Shown piece by piece: positions 52,550-64,000 of a stretch of 64,000 nucleotides of DNA. The notes beneath the pieces were generated by a model. It had not been told where the DNA came from. It was given only the letters and a program-made list of their open reading frames with translations, and searched no databases. The stretch lies in NCBI RefSeq assembly GCF_006345805.1, contig NC_043009.1, positions 65,162,001-65,226,000 of the forward strand. Direction: 5' to 3'. The translations under genes and the position numbers were made by a program. This DNA is from Octopus sinensis. Taxonomy: Eukaryota. The first letter of the stretch is position 1. Each line of letters begins with the position of its first letter.

Positions 52550-53910
52550 GGAACAAAAACGTAATCGTGGGCATTAAAACATTCGGACATACATATACAT
52601 ACATATATCTAATCACATAAATGCGTATATTTATAAATAAATATATACATACACCTACACACACATATAATTACATAAATATAATATTCTGTACTAGATC
52701 TTAGTCAATGTGATCAGATATATAATATATATTATTACATAACATAATAACATATATATGTATAATATATATATATATATATATATATAGTATATATATA
52801 TATATATCTACATACATATATACATATATATATATACACACACACACACACACGCAATATTGGTATATATATGTATGTATATACATGTTTATTATATATA
52901 TGATGTATGTAATGCATACATATATATATCTGTATATGTATGTATGATATAACATGTGTGGTGGTGTATATATATATATGCATGTATAGTGTATGATAAT
53001 GTCTGTGGTTGATCTATTTATATTTTGTCATGTATATATACGTGATATATGTGTATCGCGGTTTTGTATGTGTGTATGTGGATGTTTGTGCGGTTGTGTG
53101 GTGTGTGTGTGTTGTAAGGACATTGATAAGATTTTAATGCGAACTGAAGCAATAACGAATGATTCTCTCTCCATATCTATACAGAGCGAGCGAGGGATAC
53201 TCTTAGACAGAATATTCAATAACATGCGCGTGTGCACGCACACACACACGCACGTCACTCACTCACTCACACATTCACAAACGCACACATAACACAATTC
53301 ATGGTACAACGCGCACGCACGTACACTTGCTTACGCTCGCACACACACAGGTTGCGTGAGTGTGTCCACTTGATGTATATGTATATTTGGAACAGTATTG
53401 TTCTATGTGATACGGTGTATTCGTTTATACATACCATTTATAATATTCATGGATCTATATGCATATATATATACACATACATACCTACATACATTAGATA
53501 TTATAGAAGATATATATATATATATATATATATATGTATACACATACATACATATAATCCATGAATATTATATATGTATATATATATATGAATACTCTAT
53601 GTTTTATCTATATATATATATATAATATATAAATGGAACAAAAACGTAATCGTGGGCATTAAAAAATTCGGACATACATATACATACATATATCTAATCA
53701 CATAAATGCGTATATTTATAAATAAATATATACATACACTACACACAATATAATTACATAAATATAATATGCTGTACTAAGATCTTAGTCAATGTGATCA
53801 GATATATAATATATATTATACATAACATAATACATATTTGTATAATATATATATATATATATAATATCTAACTATATATATATATATATATATATACATT
53901 ATATACATAT

Positions 53911-53966
<56 letters not shown>

Positions 53967-53990
53967 TATATATATTATACATATATGTGT
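51826..53990. repeat. Tandem duplication of a ~1.09-kb unit
   Basis: ATGCGAACTGAAGCAATAACG at 52052 and 53137; differences mostly small indels. Confidence 0.9.
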
Positions 53991-54087
53991 GTGTACGTGC
54001 ACGTGTGTGTGTGTATGTGTAAATGTAACCGCACGTCGATGGCTGGCGATTTTTCATTAATTTTCTTTCTTTCTCTTTGGAATTTCC

Positions 54088-54122
54088 CTCTCCGATGATG
54101 AGCTATGCTCGAAGCATTAGAA
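54088..54122 (+). ncRNA. Degenerate minimal hammerhead motif
   Basis: CTCT CCGATGA T GAGC TAT GCTC GAAG CATT AGAA. Confidence 0.35.
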
Positions 54123-54329
54123 ACTCTCTCCTTTCACCAAGTGTCAGATTAATAAATTGCTTGTTCACTTGTTCACGTTCATTTCTTTGCTTTTGTCTCT
54201 GTTTTTTTAACTGCATTTTCTTTGAATTGATTATGTATGTATATATATGTATACACACATACATTTATATATCTGTGTGTTTGTTCCGTAGAACGCTTAC
54301 ATAAATAAGCATACTGATGTATCTTTTTA

Positions 54330-54870
54330 ATGTATATGCTCATGAAATAGTATTGGAATGATGTCTTGCATAAGATTCTAAAGAATATTTTGAAGTTGTA
54401 ATTGTAATCTCGTCTGCGTAGAGATATTTTGATACCTATAAAGAAAGATTAAAGAAAGCGTGTGAATTCAATGTTTGAAAAGTGGGGATACAAAAGCGGA
54501 TCCCTGTGGTACTCCATTCGGAATATTTCAGATTCTGAAGGTGTTTGTTATTTTATACTACACTCACCTGGTAGGTTGATAGGTAGTTTGCTAAACAGCA
54601 TCTTTGAGACCGTGTTGTAAAGTGACGTTTGAGTGAAGCGTATACGAAGTCTTATTTCACTGAAACCATGAAATATTTTCAGCTTTTATGTTATGAGTTG
54701 TGCTGTGGTTGAGTGCAACGGACGGGAACCGTATTGGGATTTGCAGAAGGTGACATGCGTGTAGAAGCATATAAGATCAATAAGGTGTTACCTTGTTGGT
54801 ATTTTGTTGAGCGCTTGTAATGTTATGACTTACCTAGTTTCTAGATTTTGTGAATTCGACAGACTGTATG
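54330..54870 (-). mobile_element. Non-LTR retrotransposon reverse transcriptase remnant (Jockey/CR1/I-like)
   Basis: SQYGSRPLHSTTAQL, NGVPQGSAFVSP and KYLYADEITI in correct RT motif order on the minus strand; heavily degenerate. Confidence 0.75.
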
Positions 54871-55389
54871 CCTGGCCTAGCGCTGGTCTGCATTTTGGGC
54901 AGGTCCCGTGCGTGTGAACCTTCTCCAGCACCCTCTATACGACGTGGGAGGGCCCGCATCCTGCTTCAACCGTTAAATAGATTACTGGAACTTCGGCTGC
55001 CATGACTAGACTTGGGATGATTACTGGAGTGGTTTTCCGTTGCTTTTTCGAGGTTGGTGGGTTTTGAACTGTGGAGTGCTCAGCCGCTTGTACGTTAATT
55101 CCATGAGCAGTCCGTTCAATTGATCGGATCAACTGAAATCCACGTTGTCGTAATCGAGGGAATGCTAGATTTGATTTCGTTTCGGTTGAGTGTGATTTTG
55201 GTGCATTGTGTTACAGGGTCCCCTATTTCTTTTTAATGATGTATTTCTTGTGTGAGGCATAAACTTTTGAATTTTTATCAAATTATTTCGTTGAGTGCAT
55301 GTTCACTGCTTTGTCCAATGCGAGTGACTGGTTTTGAATTCTGAGAAAGTTCCATTTAGTTTCAAAACGTAACTTATTCCATTGGTATA

Positions 55390-56412
55390 TAGAATTAATT
55401 AGAAGTCCAGTAAGCAGCGCTGAGGGAAATACAAATGTGTACGATCATATTTAACATGTCCGTGTACATTCGGAGATGGAGAGACGACAACAAGAGAATA
55501 ATAAAAGTGATTAATAACAAGAGAAAAATAAGAATGATTAATTAAATTATTTTAACGTTTACATTGTTTCAATGCAAAAACTTCTTGGGTACAACTGAAG
55601 CAAATGTAAAGATGAAATATTGAAATTAATTGCTCTCATATTCATCTCTCTCTCCCTCTCTCTCCCTCTCTCTCCCTCTCTCTCCCTCTCTCTCCCTGTC
55701 TCTCTCTGTATATGTGTCTATCGTTTTCGTTTAACACCACTCTCTATTCACGAACCTTTCCTTCTATGCTTCTCTCATCTTATCTTTCTATCGTTGTTTC
55801 ATCCTAACATTCCTTCTTTCTTCGTATCTCTATCTCTAACTTTCGTATCTAAATCTTTTTTCGATTCATCCATTCTTCAACTTTTTATCTTCAACAGCAT
55901 TTCCTCGCTCAATCGCTGTCGTTCTTGCTGCTCACTAGTAGCACCCCTTCCTTCTCACCTTTCAAAGAATGCACCACGTGATCTTCCTGTTTTTTGAAGC
56001 TGACCATTTCTTTTCTTTTGCGAAGTAGTAATGTTTACCACCACTTAAACATGGCTGATCTGTAGGAATTACTGCTATCTATAGCTGACGAGTATCAACT
56101 ACCGAGGATGACCACAAAAAGGTCGAAACCGTACGCTCTTGTGGTCGCGCGGCTGAAGACGGTAGGGTTTCACTCCCCTACTTGCAACACATTTCGGGTG
56201 CAGAACAACCAGCTGGAGGAGGCGTGTTCCTGCGGTAAAGACAGCAGTACCGTCGGTTCCTATACAAAAGCCATTTTTAAGAGGTCGTAAACATTACCTT
56301 TCAGATTGGTTATTCTGCTTTCGTCTCTCACAGAGATTTTCTAACAAGTTGATTTACTCATCCTCTTGCATCGACAGTTCACGCGCTCATTTGCCTTTCT
56401 TCCCAGCTTCTG
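55390..56412 (+). repeat. ~1.02-kb repeat, copy 1 (copy 2 at ~62995-64000)
   Basis: Nearly identical to the window end; includes (CT)n and a degenerate hammerhead-like motif CCGAGGA T GACC..GGTC GAAA at 56102-56128. Confidence 0.9.
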
Positions 56413-56440
56413 ATTGTCTGAGACTTTAAATTTAGCTATT

Positions 56441-56874
56441 CATAGGCGCAGAAGTGGCTGTGTGGTAAGTAGCTTGCTAACCAACCACATGGTTGCGGGT
56501 TCAGTCCTACTGCGTGGCATCTTGGCCAAGTGTCTTCTGCTATAGCCCCAGGCCCACCAATGCCTGTGAGTGGATTTGGTAGACGGAAACTGAAAGAGCC
56601 TGTCGTATATATATATATATATTGTATATATGTGTGTGTGTGTGTGCGTGTGTGTGTGTGTGTGATTGTGTGTCTGTATTTGTCCCCTAGCATGCTTGAC
56701 AACCGATGCTGGTGTGTTTACGTCCCCGTCACTTAGCGGTCGGCAAAAGAGACCGATAGAATAAGTACTGGGCTTACAAAGAATAAGTCCCGGGATCGAT
56801 GATTTACTCGACTAAAAGCGGTGCTCCAGATGGCCGCAGTCAAATGACTGAAACAAGTAAAAGAGTAAAGAGTA
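56441..56874 (+). mobile_element. SINE family A, full length
   Basis: Head GAAGTGGCTGTGTGGTAAG to tail AAAAGAGTAAAGAG. Confidence 0.9.
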
Positions 56875-57350
56875 TCTGAATTTGTTCTGAGTGTAAAAAT
56901 ATTTTGTTGTCTATATATGTTTTTTTTTTAAGTCTGAAAGCACCACCACTTTTCCTATCAGTGTTATTTCGCACAACAGATTTTACCGTTGTCGCTTAGC
57001 CGAAAGTCATTCTATATAGAATATCTCTCTGTACTGTTTCTCTTTTTTTTCTTATTGTCCTTGTTTATGTTTCTTCGTTTTACGTATTTCCTCATCATTC
57101 GCACTTTTTACCATTCGGCCTAGAGACATCACTGCTTCTTTTTCTTGTTATTGTGTTTGTCTTATGTTTTCTCTTCGTGTTCGTTCATTACGTTACTCAT
57201 TTATAACCTCAGTCGTTTGTGCTGGCGACGCCACCAAATATAACAATATTGTCGGAAGGTCTCCAAATTGTAATGATATATGATCAGACATCATATATCA
57301 TTACGGTATATTTTCAAATTTGAAAACGTGTCTGCGTGTTCTCCTTTCAG

Positions 57351-57425
57351 GTGTGAGTGAGTTGTGAAGGCAACTGGAAAGTGATCCGACAAATATTGGG
57401 GGATTCTTTGCAACGGGGTTGCAGT

Positions 57426-57467
<42 letters not shown>

Positions 57468-57536
57468 TGTGTGTGTGTGTAGAAACGATTGCAATATTTG
57501 GGAAACGGAAGAATTGTTTCCCGATGGCATGGCGAG
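57351..57536 (+). other. Candidate spliced exon (5'UTR-like, may contain a start codon)
   Basis: Acceptor TTCTCCTTTCAG| and donor GAG|GTAAGT, both strong consensus; ATGs just before the donor. Confidence 0.3.
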
Positions 57537-57946
57537 GTAAGTATATAGATTGGTGCCGCTTAATTGCAGTACACAGTTGATTTACTTGAGCTTCTTGTAT
57601 TTTCTTTACCATTTCGAAACCAAGAACACAGAGCATATTGAAGAATTGTCCCAGAAGTGTATTTTTGCAGCAGTTAAGTATCTAAGCTGGTGGAACCCTT
57701 GACGAGGCCACTACTGGTGAATATATATATATATTATATTTATATTTACACACACAGACACAGACACACGCAGACACACACACACACACATACGGGTGGT
57801 GGTAGCAGTTGTTGTGGTGGTGTGTCAGTATATGTGTGTGTGATACCGTAGATTTTGTAACGTAGCTTAGAAAAAGGAAACATTTGCCAGGTTTGCAAAT
57901 TCTATCTTTGTATGCATCTTCCTGTGTTTTTTTTTTTTTTGGTTAG

Positions 57947-57993
57947 GTTCATTTGGCACAGATGCATCGCACTGATGCTGGAAATATCATCAG
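57947..57993 (+). other. Candidate 47-nt exon
   Basis: (T)n GGTTAG| acceptor and CAG|GTACTT donor; joins in frame with the second ATG of the previous candidate (MARFIWHRCIALMLEISS). Confidence 0.2.
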
Positions 57994-58846
57994 GTACTTT
58001 TTTGTTTTTATCCATACTGTTGTTTTTGACATTATTATTATTATCGCTTTAATGTAGAATGATTTTCGGTGAGTTTTGTAAATGGTGCCATTTGATAATG
58101 TTCCTGTGCATTCCAAACACTTGGGAACTTCAGAGTCAGTTTATTGCACAGATGTGACTTCTCTTGGAAGAACTATTTCTATGTGAGGAAGTTTTCCATT
58201 GAAATTCAAATCATGACACCCCCATTTTCTTTTCTTGCCTATTATGTCAAAAAATACATTATCTGCCATGTGTATCCCTTTCTTATTTTTAAAGATAGTT
58301 GAGCATTTATATTCTTATTGATCATGTGACCACGTAAAGTCTTCTATCGTGGCTCGATTTTCGTTAAGTTCTTCATATGGACATACCTTTGAATGACGAA
58401 AACCATCTTCATTCTTATCACACATTAGCAGCTTGATCAGCATCGTAAATTCTGTTAAATAGTTTCGATCAGTTTACTCTGATCATCAACAGGGACTGTT
58501 TAAAAACAACAGGTTTAGCAGCCGGATGAAGTCCCAAATTCAATATGAAGCCGAGTCTGAAGAATTATTAATTTCGAAAAAGTACAGTGTTTTACCCTGT
58601 AGTAAAGCATTGTTAATTATGACACCTGATACCTATATGCATTACTAGTGAGGGAGTATATACGTAGTAAGTTAGTTTAGTAGAAATAGAAACCAAATTT
58701 CTTTAGAATCGCACTGTAGCGTTTTAAGGAAAAAACTCGTTGGATTAAATCGACCGCGAATTATACCTAAAATGATGGCGTCACAACCATTGCAACGCTT
58801 TTATGCTTGATTCTGACTGTCTTGATCTTAAACAGCAACAACAAGT

Positions 58847-59130
58847 GAAGGCGCAATGGCCCAATGGTTAGGGCAGCGGACTCGCGATCGGAGGATCAGA
58901 CCGAGCGTTGTGTGTGTTTATTGAGCGAAAACACCTAAAGCTCCACGAGCCTCCGGTAGGGGGTGGTGGCGACACCTGTTGTACTCTTTCGCTCCAACTT
59001 TCTCTCACTCTTTCTTCCTGTTTCTTATCCCCAATGTCCGCTGAGCCTGGATGCGCATTCATCCATCCGTCGATGCTCTCGGTGTCGGGGGTTGACCTGC
59101 TTTCTCTTCTGCAGGTCTTACGAATAGCAA
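58847..59130 (+). mobile_element. SINE family C head/body with a different 3' module
   Basis: Matches 30552-30722, then diverges into ...GGTCTTACGAATAGCAAAAGACCAC. Confidence 0.75.
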
Positions 59131-59257
59131 AAGACCACGCTTCGCTCAACAGCAACAGCAACAACAATAATAAGTAAATAAATTGTGTGATAAAAAAAAA
59201 ATGACCAGCAGTCAACTAATCATCACGCTTTAATTCTACAATAAACAAGGATTCGAA

Positions 59258-59660
59258 GGCGGCGAGCTGGCAGAAACATTAGCACGCCGGGCGAAATGCT
59301 TATCGGTACTTCGTCTGCCGCTACGTTCTGAGTTCAAATTCGGCCGAGGTCGACTTTGCCTTTCATCCTTTCGGGGTCGATAAATTAAGTACCAGTTACG
59401 TACTGGGCTCGATATAATCGATTTTACCCGTTTGTCTGTCCTTGTTTGTCTTCTCTGTGTTTAGCCCCTCGTGGGTAGTAAAGAAATAGGTATTTCGTCT
59501 GTCTTTACGTTCTGAGTTAAAATTCTGCCGAGGTCGATTTTGCCTTTCGTCCTTTCGGGGTCGAAAGATTAAGTATCAGTTGCGCACTGGGGTCGATCTA
59601 ATCGACTGGCCCCCTCCCCCAAAATTTCGGGCTTTGTGCCTTGAGTAGAAAAGAATAAGC
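59258..59660 (+). mobile_element. SINE family B followed by a second partial B-like unit
   Basis: Full copy 59258-59493, then GTATTTCGTCTG..GAGTTAAAATTCTGCCGAGGTCGA repeated. Confidence 0.85.
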
Positions 59661-59914
59661 AAGGATTCGATGAATTTGATTTCTAAATATATCATTAGTA
59701 TAGTGGTTTGGAGAAATATAGGTGGAGTGACAGAAATATAGGTGGAGTGATTGGATTAAGATTAATGAGTAAATTCTATCCATTTCTAGCAAACTCGAAG
59801 TCATAATAACTATGAACGCAAATAAGTTAATTAAATCCACGAAAGTGGATTGAAAGTCGATGTTTGTAGAATTGGCAAATGTTTCCTAAACTTGCGTCAC
59901 TGATACATACACAC

Positions 59915-59945
<31 letters not shown>

Positions 59946-60529
59946 ATTTTAAAACGAGAAGGTGTATTGAACAAGTTTATTTCATGTCACAACAGTTGTT
60001 TCAACGCATCATTATGTTAATTGGTGAATGTTACACATATTACACGCAATATTGTACTAATATGATCTAACAATCGCGGTATACATGCGCATCCTCGGGC
60101 CACCAGAGTGAAAGCACTGTTATATCAACTTCAGATTCTCCACATTTTAGACCCATACCGAAATGCTATTTTTTTTTTGTATTCTTATGACAGATGACAA
60201 ACAACTTGTTCAATCGAAGAAACGTTCGGTAGTTAAGGAGTGTGTCCCTCATCCGTATTAGTAGTTGGAACAACTGGTCATAGGCACAACGTCTATAAGG
60301 ATATTGACTCACAGAGGTTGCTACAGGTTTGTTCCAGAAAAGAATAATATTCATACGTTAATACATTTGTTGGAATGCTTCTCACATAAAGGCCGGGGCA
60401 TTCTAACACCGCATTTATTAACCATCGGCATTTTTAGCATGATTTCCAAGATGTACCTAATTCCTTTTTAAGAAAGGAAACTTTCGATGTATTAATTAAA
60501 CAAATGAATAATATAATATAATAATAATA

Positions 60530-60543
60530 ATAATAATGATAAA

Positions 60544-60594
<51 letters not shown>

Positions 60595-60637
60595 TGATGA
60601 TGATGATGATGATGATGATAATAATAATAATAATAAT
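60530..60637. repeat. (AAT)n-(GAT)n-(AAT)n compound microsatellite
   Basis: Trinucleotide runs. Confidence 0.9.
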
Positions 60638-61210
60638 AGTTTTAGGGATAGAATCTCGAACAATGAGGTAGAATCAAATCGTTACGCAAAGCTCCAGTAA
60701 TAATTAGTCTAATTAGTTAGACATGTCTAATTAAGTGCATGCAACTAATTTACGAAAGTGTGAATTACATTGTTATATTATGTAATTAATGAGAGAAAGT
60801 AATGGAAAGTTGTGTTGTAAAACAGGCTCTGCCTGCGCTAAATTTCTATTGTTTTGCATCGAGCTACAAAGAGATATACAGGTAGACGAGCGTGCACGCA
60901 TAGAACAAGCTCTGGTCATTCTAACTTTCTATTGTTATGTACCTATATGCAGATAGATACACAGGTGCACATATATGCACACAAGCATTTACACACACAC
61001 ACACACACAGAAGATGCATACATGTATATAGATGCAAAGAGATATACTTACACAGACAAACGCATATGGTATTATATAATCTATATCATTATATGAACAT
61101 AATGTATATTATATCATTATGTATAAATCATACGTAATCTTTGACATTTCCTACGCACAAACACACACGTCTGTATATGCACGCATGCTTGTATATTGGT
61201 TTATTTTCTG

Positions 61211-61330
<120 letters not shown>

Positions 61331-61418
61331 TTGTTTTTTTATTAAACATAACTTTCTGATACCACTTTGTGTGTATATATTATATATCTATATGTATATA
61401 TATATGTATATATATTAT

Positions 61419-61477
<59 letters not shown>

Positions 61478-61518
61478 ATATATATATATATATATTATAT
61501 ATATATAATATACACACA

Positions 61519-62391
61519 CACAAGGTTGTATCAAAAACTTCTTGGACTAGTTATGTTAAATAGAAAAATAAATTATTTACCTAAGTTTAACATCATCTGC
61601 TTCGAAATAGTCACTATTGTGCAGCAATATATCTGTTCCAGCATTCCTGCCACTTTTAGAATCCGGTCTGGAAGTCGTTTTCCGTTAGCGAGTCGAAGAC
61701 CTTCTGCGATTCGCTCTGGATTTGGATAACAGTGTTAAAACAGTGACATTTGAGCTGCATTTTTATCTTTGGGGAAGAGATGGAAGTCCGCAGGTTCTAA
61801 ATCTGGCGAATAGGGCGGGTGCGGAATCGATACCATGCTGTTTTTCGCGAGAAACTCAGGAGTGAGGAGAGCTCGGTGGTAGGGTACATCGTCGCCGTGA
61901 AGAATCCATTTCTTCGCGCTCCCAATATCCGGTCTCTTTCGCTGAATGTCCTCCTCCAAACGCGTCAAAACGTCCTTGATTCTCCTCCGAGGAGCCTCAT
62001 GTATAGGCTGATGAATTTCCTCCACATATCCGGGGGTGACGCTCCTGGCAGGTCTTCCAGATCGGTCATCTTCATCCAGAAACATTGCGTGCGATCCATT
62101 GCCTCGTCGCCGTAAGCTTGTCGAAGCACGCTCAATGTCTCTGTAGCAGACATATCAAGTTTAATGCAGAATTTCGCCGTTGGCTCTTTGTTCCAGTTTC
62201 CTGTCCATGACAAAAAATCGCAGACTACAGCTTACCTGTAATTACTAAAACACAAATTTCACAACTTGCGAAGTCACTCGGCAACTGCCTTATGAAGATC
62301 ACTGCTAACTCTTACTGCGCACGCAATCTTGTGCGGCCATCTGTCGGCGCGCTACAAAACTATTCCTGGAAATTTCTGGTACCATCTCGTA
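61519..62391 (-). mobile_element. Internally deleted mariner with degenerate TIRs
   Basis: KFCIKLDMSATETLSVLRQAYGDEAM, EDDRSGRP, then directly KDVLTRL..RKRPD..WILHGDD..HPPYSPDLEPADFHLFPK; TIRs 61521-61551 vs 62359-62389 match at about 22 of 31 positions. Confidence 0.85.
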
Positions 62392-62850
62392 TACACACGC
62401 GCACACACACACACACGCACACACAGACACACACAAACACACATTCCCCTACACATATATAAATATATGATGTATGTGTAATGTGTGTGTGTGTATGTGT
62501 ACGATTTAAACCTGAAACTGCGTAAATCTCTCCTGCTTCTTGTTATCAATCCTTACACGACTGATTTTATTGTTCTTGAAGCTTTCTCATTGGCACTAAT
62601 CAGAAACTACAGAAAAGCACTGAGGTGCGAATATCTAGCCATATAGGGAACAGTGTCCGTCTGCCTGTATATTAATTAGGGGCACAGTAAGTAGGGTGGA
62701 ATGCCATTTATTTATGTACAACCTCTTTGCACATGTGTGCGTGCATTCGGACATGGAAAGACAATACGCTGTACAAACTGTCTCGAGAGGAGAAATATTC
62801 TTTATAGACAATATAAACACACCAATAGGTCATGAAGGATGACACCAAAG

Positions 62851-62895
62851 CGTAGGACACATGCATTTCTGCTTTATTACACTTCATCAGCTACG
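62851..62895 (-). ncRNA. Hammerhead motif with canonical core and weakened stems II/III
   Basis: Minus strand CGTAG CTGATGA A GTGTAATAAAGC A GAAA TGCATGTG TC CTACG; stem I CGTAG/CTACG, GUC site. Confidence 0.5.
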
Positions 62896-62994
62896 GATAC
62901 CATGCTGCCGTTCATGGAAACTAAGAGCTGGTTGCTCTTGTAGTAGAATTGAAAATGGTAAATCTGCTGAGGTGCGAAAGCATTTGTCAAACTA

Positions 62995-64000
62995 GAATTA
63001 ATTAATTAGAAGTCCAGTAAGCAGCGCTGAGGGAAATACAAATGTGTACGATCATATTTAACATGTCCGTGTACATTCGGAGATGGAGAGACGACAACAA
63101 GAGAATAATAAAAGTGATTAATAACAAGAGAAAAATAAGAATGATTAATTAAATTATTTTAACGTTTACATTGTTTCAATGCAAAAACTTCTTGGGTACA
63201 ACTGAAGCAAATGTAAAGATGAAATATTGAAATTAATTGCTCTCATATTCATCTCTCTCTCCCTCTCTCTCCCTCTCTCTCCCTCTCTCTCTCTGTATAT
63301 GTGTCTATCGTTTTCGTTTAACACCACTCTCTATTCACGAACCTTTCCTTCTATGCTTCTCTCATCTTATCTTTCTATCGTTGTTTCATCCTAACATTCC
63401 TTCTTTCTTCGTATCTCTATCTCTAACTTTCTGTCTAAATCTTTTTTCGATTCATCCATTCTTCAACTGTTTTATCTTCAACAGCATTTCCTCGCTCAAT
63501 CGCTGTCGTTCTTGCTGCTCACTAGTAGCACCCCTTCCTTCTCACCTTTCCAAAGAATGCACCACGTGATCTTCCTGTTTTTTGAAGCTGACCATTTCTT
63601 TTCTTTTGCGAAGTAATGTTTACCACCACTTAAACATGGCTGATCTGTAGGAATTACTGCTATCTATAGCTGACGAGTATCAACTACCGAGGATGACCAC
63701 AAAAAGGTCGAAACCGTACGCTCTTGTGGTCGCGCGGCTGGAAGACGGTAGGGTTTCACTCCCCTACTTGCAACACATTTCGGGTGCAGAACAACCAGCT
63801 GGAGGAGGCGTGTTCCTGCGGTTAAAGACAGCAGTACCGTCGGTTCCTATACAAAAGCCATTTTTAAGAGGTCGTAAACATTACCTTTCAGATTGGTTAT
63901 TCTGCTTTCGTCTCTCACAGAGATTTTCTAACAAGTTGATTTACTCATTCCTCTTGCATCGACAGTTCACGCGCTCATTTGCCTTTCTTCCCAGCTTCTG
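62995..64000 (+). repeat. ~1-kb repeat, copy 2 (truncated by the window end)
   Basis: Near-identical to 55390-56412. Confidence 0.9.

Noticed and set aside
58450-58495. Minus-strand TTGATGATCAG..CTGATCGAAAC hammerhead-like string
   Set aside because: Core and stems overlap inconsistently and there is no proper stem III/NUH; same for weak strings at about 5880-5910, 26345-26410 and 36535-36575.

Overview
AT-rich, microsatellite-saturated eukaryotic DNA. The tRNA-headed SINE families and repeat landscape point to a cephalopod, most likely Octopus (inference from recalled repeat families, not a database search). I found no intact protein-coding gene. Nearly all ORFs in the supplied track are translations of (TA)n, (TG)n, (ACC)n, (AAT)n or (CTAC)n tracts. 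Identifiable content is degenerate transposon debris: four mariner remnants, a hAT/Buster-like remnant, RTE, Dong/R4-like and Jockey/CR1-like LINE fragments, a Penelope-like (PLE) GIY-YIG fragment and about 25 SINE copies from five families. There are also several fold-back elements, two ~1 kb duplications and two possible + strand exons. The most notable signal is a dense set of type I hammerhead ribozyme motifs (about 14, intact to degenerate) in short PLE pseudo-LTR-like repeats. One is fully canonical (2765-2854), and an inverted 187-bp copy of its downstream sequence starts exactly at the predicted self-cleavage nucleotide. Different families use different stem I/II sequences, different palindromic stem III sequences and recurrent core variants. 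All ribozyme calls are structural predictions made by eye and are untested.
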